Source of the DNA: Cetorhinus maximus | Lineage: Eukaryota | Length of the DNA: 64,000 nt | NCBI RefSeq assembly: GCF_964194155.1 | Contig: NC_135903.1 | Location: 12,772,001-12,836,000, forward strand | Reading direction: 5' to 3' | Shown here: in pieces, positions 63,996-64,000 of the stretch | Layout: each line of letters begins with the position of its first letter | Position numbering within the stretch: the stretch's first letter is position 1 | Position numbers and translations under genes: made by a program | Notes under the pieces: model-generated | Seen by the model: the letters and a program-made list of their open reading frames with translations, nothing else | What the model was told of the DNA's origin: nothing | Database searches by the model: none

Positions 63996-64000
63996 GCTGA

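Overview
Vertebrate genomic DNA; the repeat content suggests a cartilaginous fish (inference). The window is the 3' end of a type I (acidic) keratin gene cluster, all on the + strand. It holds a 5'-truncated keratin A (exons 3-8, 1-4126), its near-identical tandem duplicate B (complete, 8 exons, 7276-13985), a more divergent keratin C (complete, 8 exons, 22397-30790) and the first three coding exons of KRT222 (44928-59006). Exons were placed by hand from GT/AG sites and the canonical 83/157/162/126/~221-nt type I exon sizes. The rest is transposon-rich: a full-length decayed GalEa-type Ty1/copia element with LTRs, tRNA-iMet PBS, PPT and TSD; a nested Penelope element with a minimal hammerhead-ribozyme motif; Harbinger and hAT remnants with MITEs; CR1, L2 and RTE LINEs; SINEs; G-rich minisatellites; and three N gaps. 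I found no clearly new biological system. The best leads are the tail-only amino-acid divergence between keratins A and B, a templated orphan exon-7 insertion, the hammerhead motifs, a SINE-headed LINE with a matching SINE, and a KRT222 that is already truncated but starts at a different codon.
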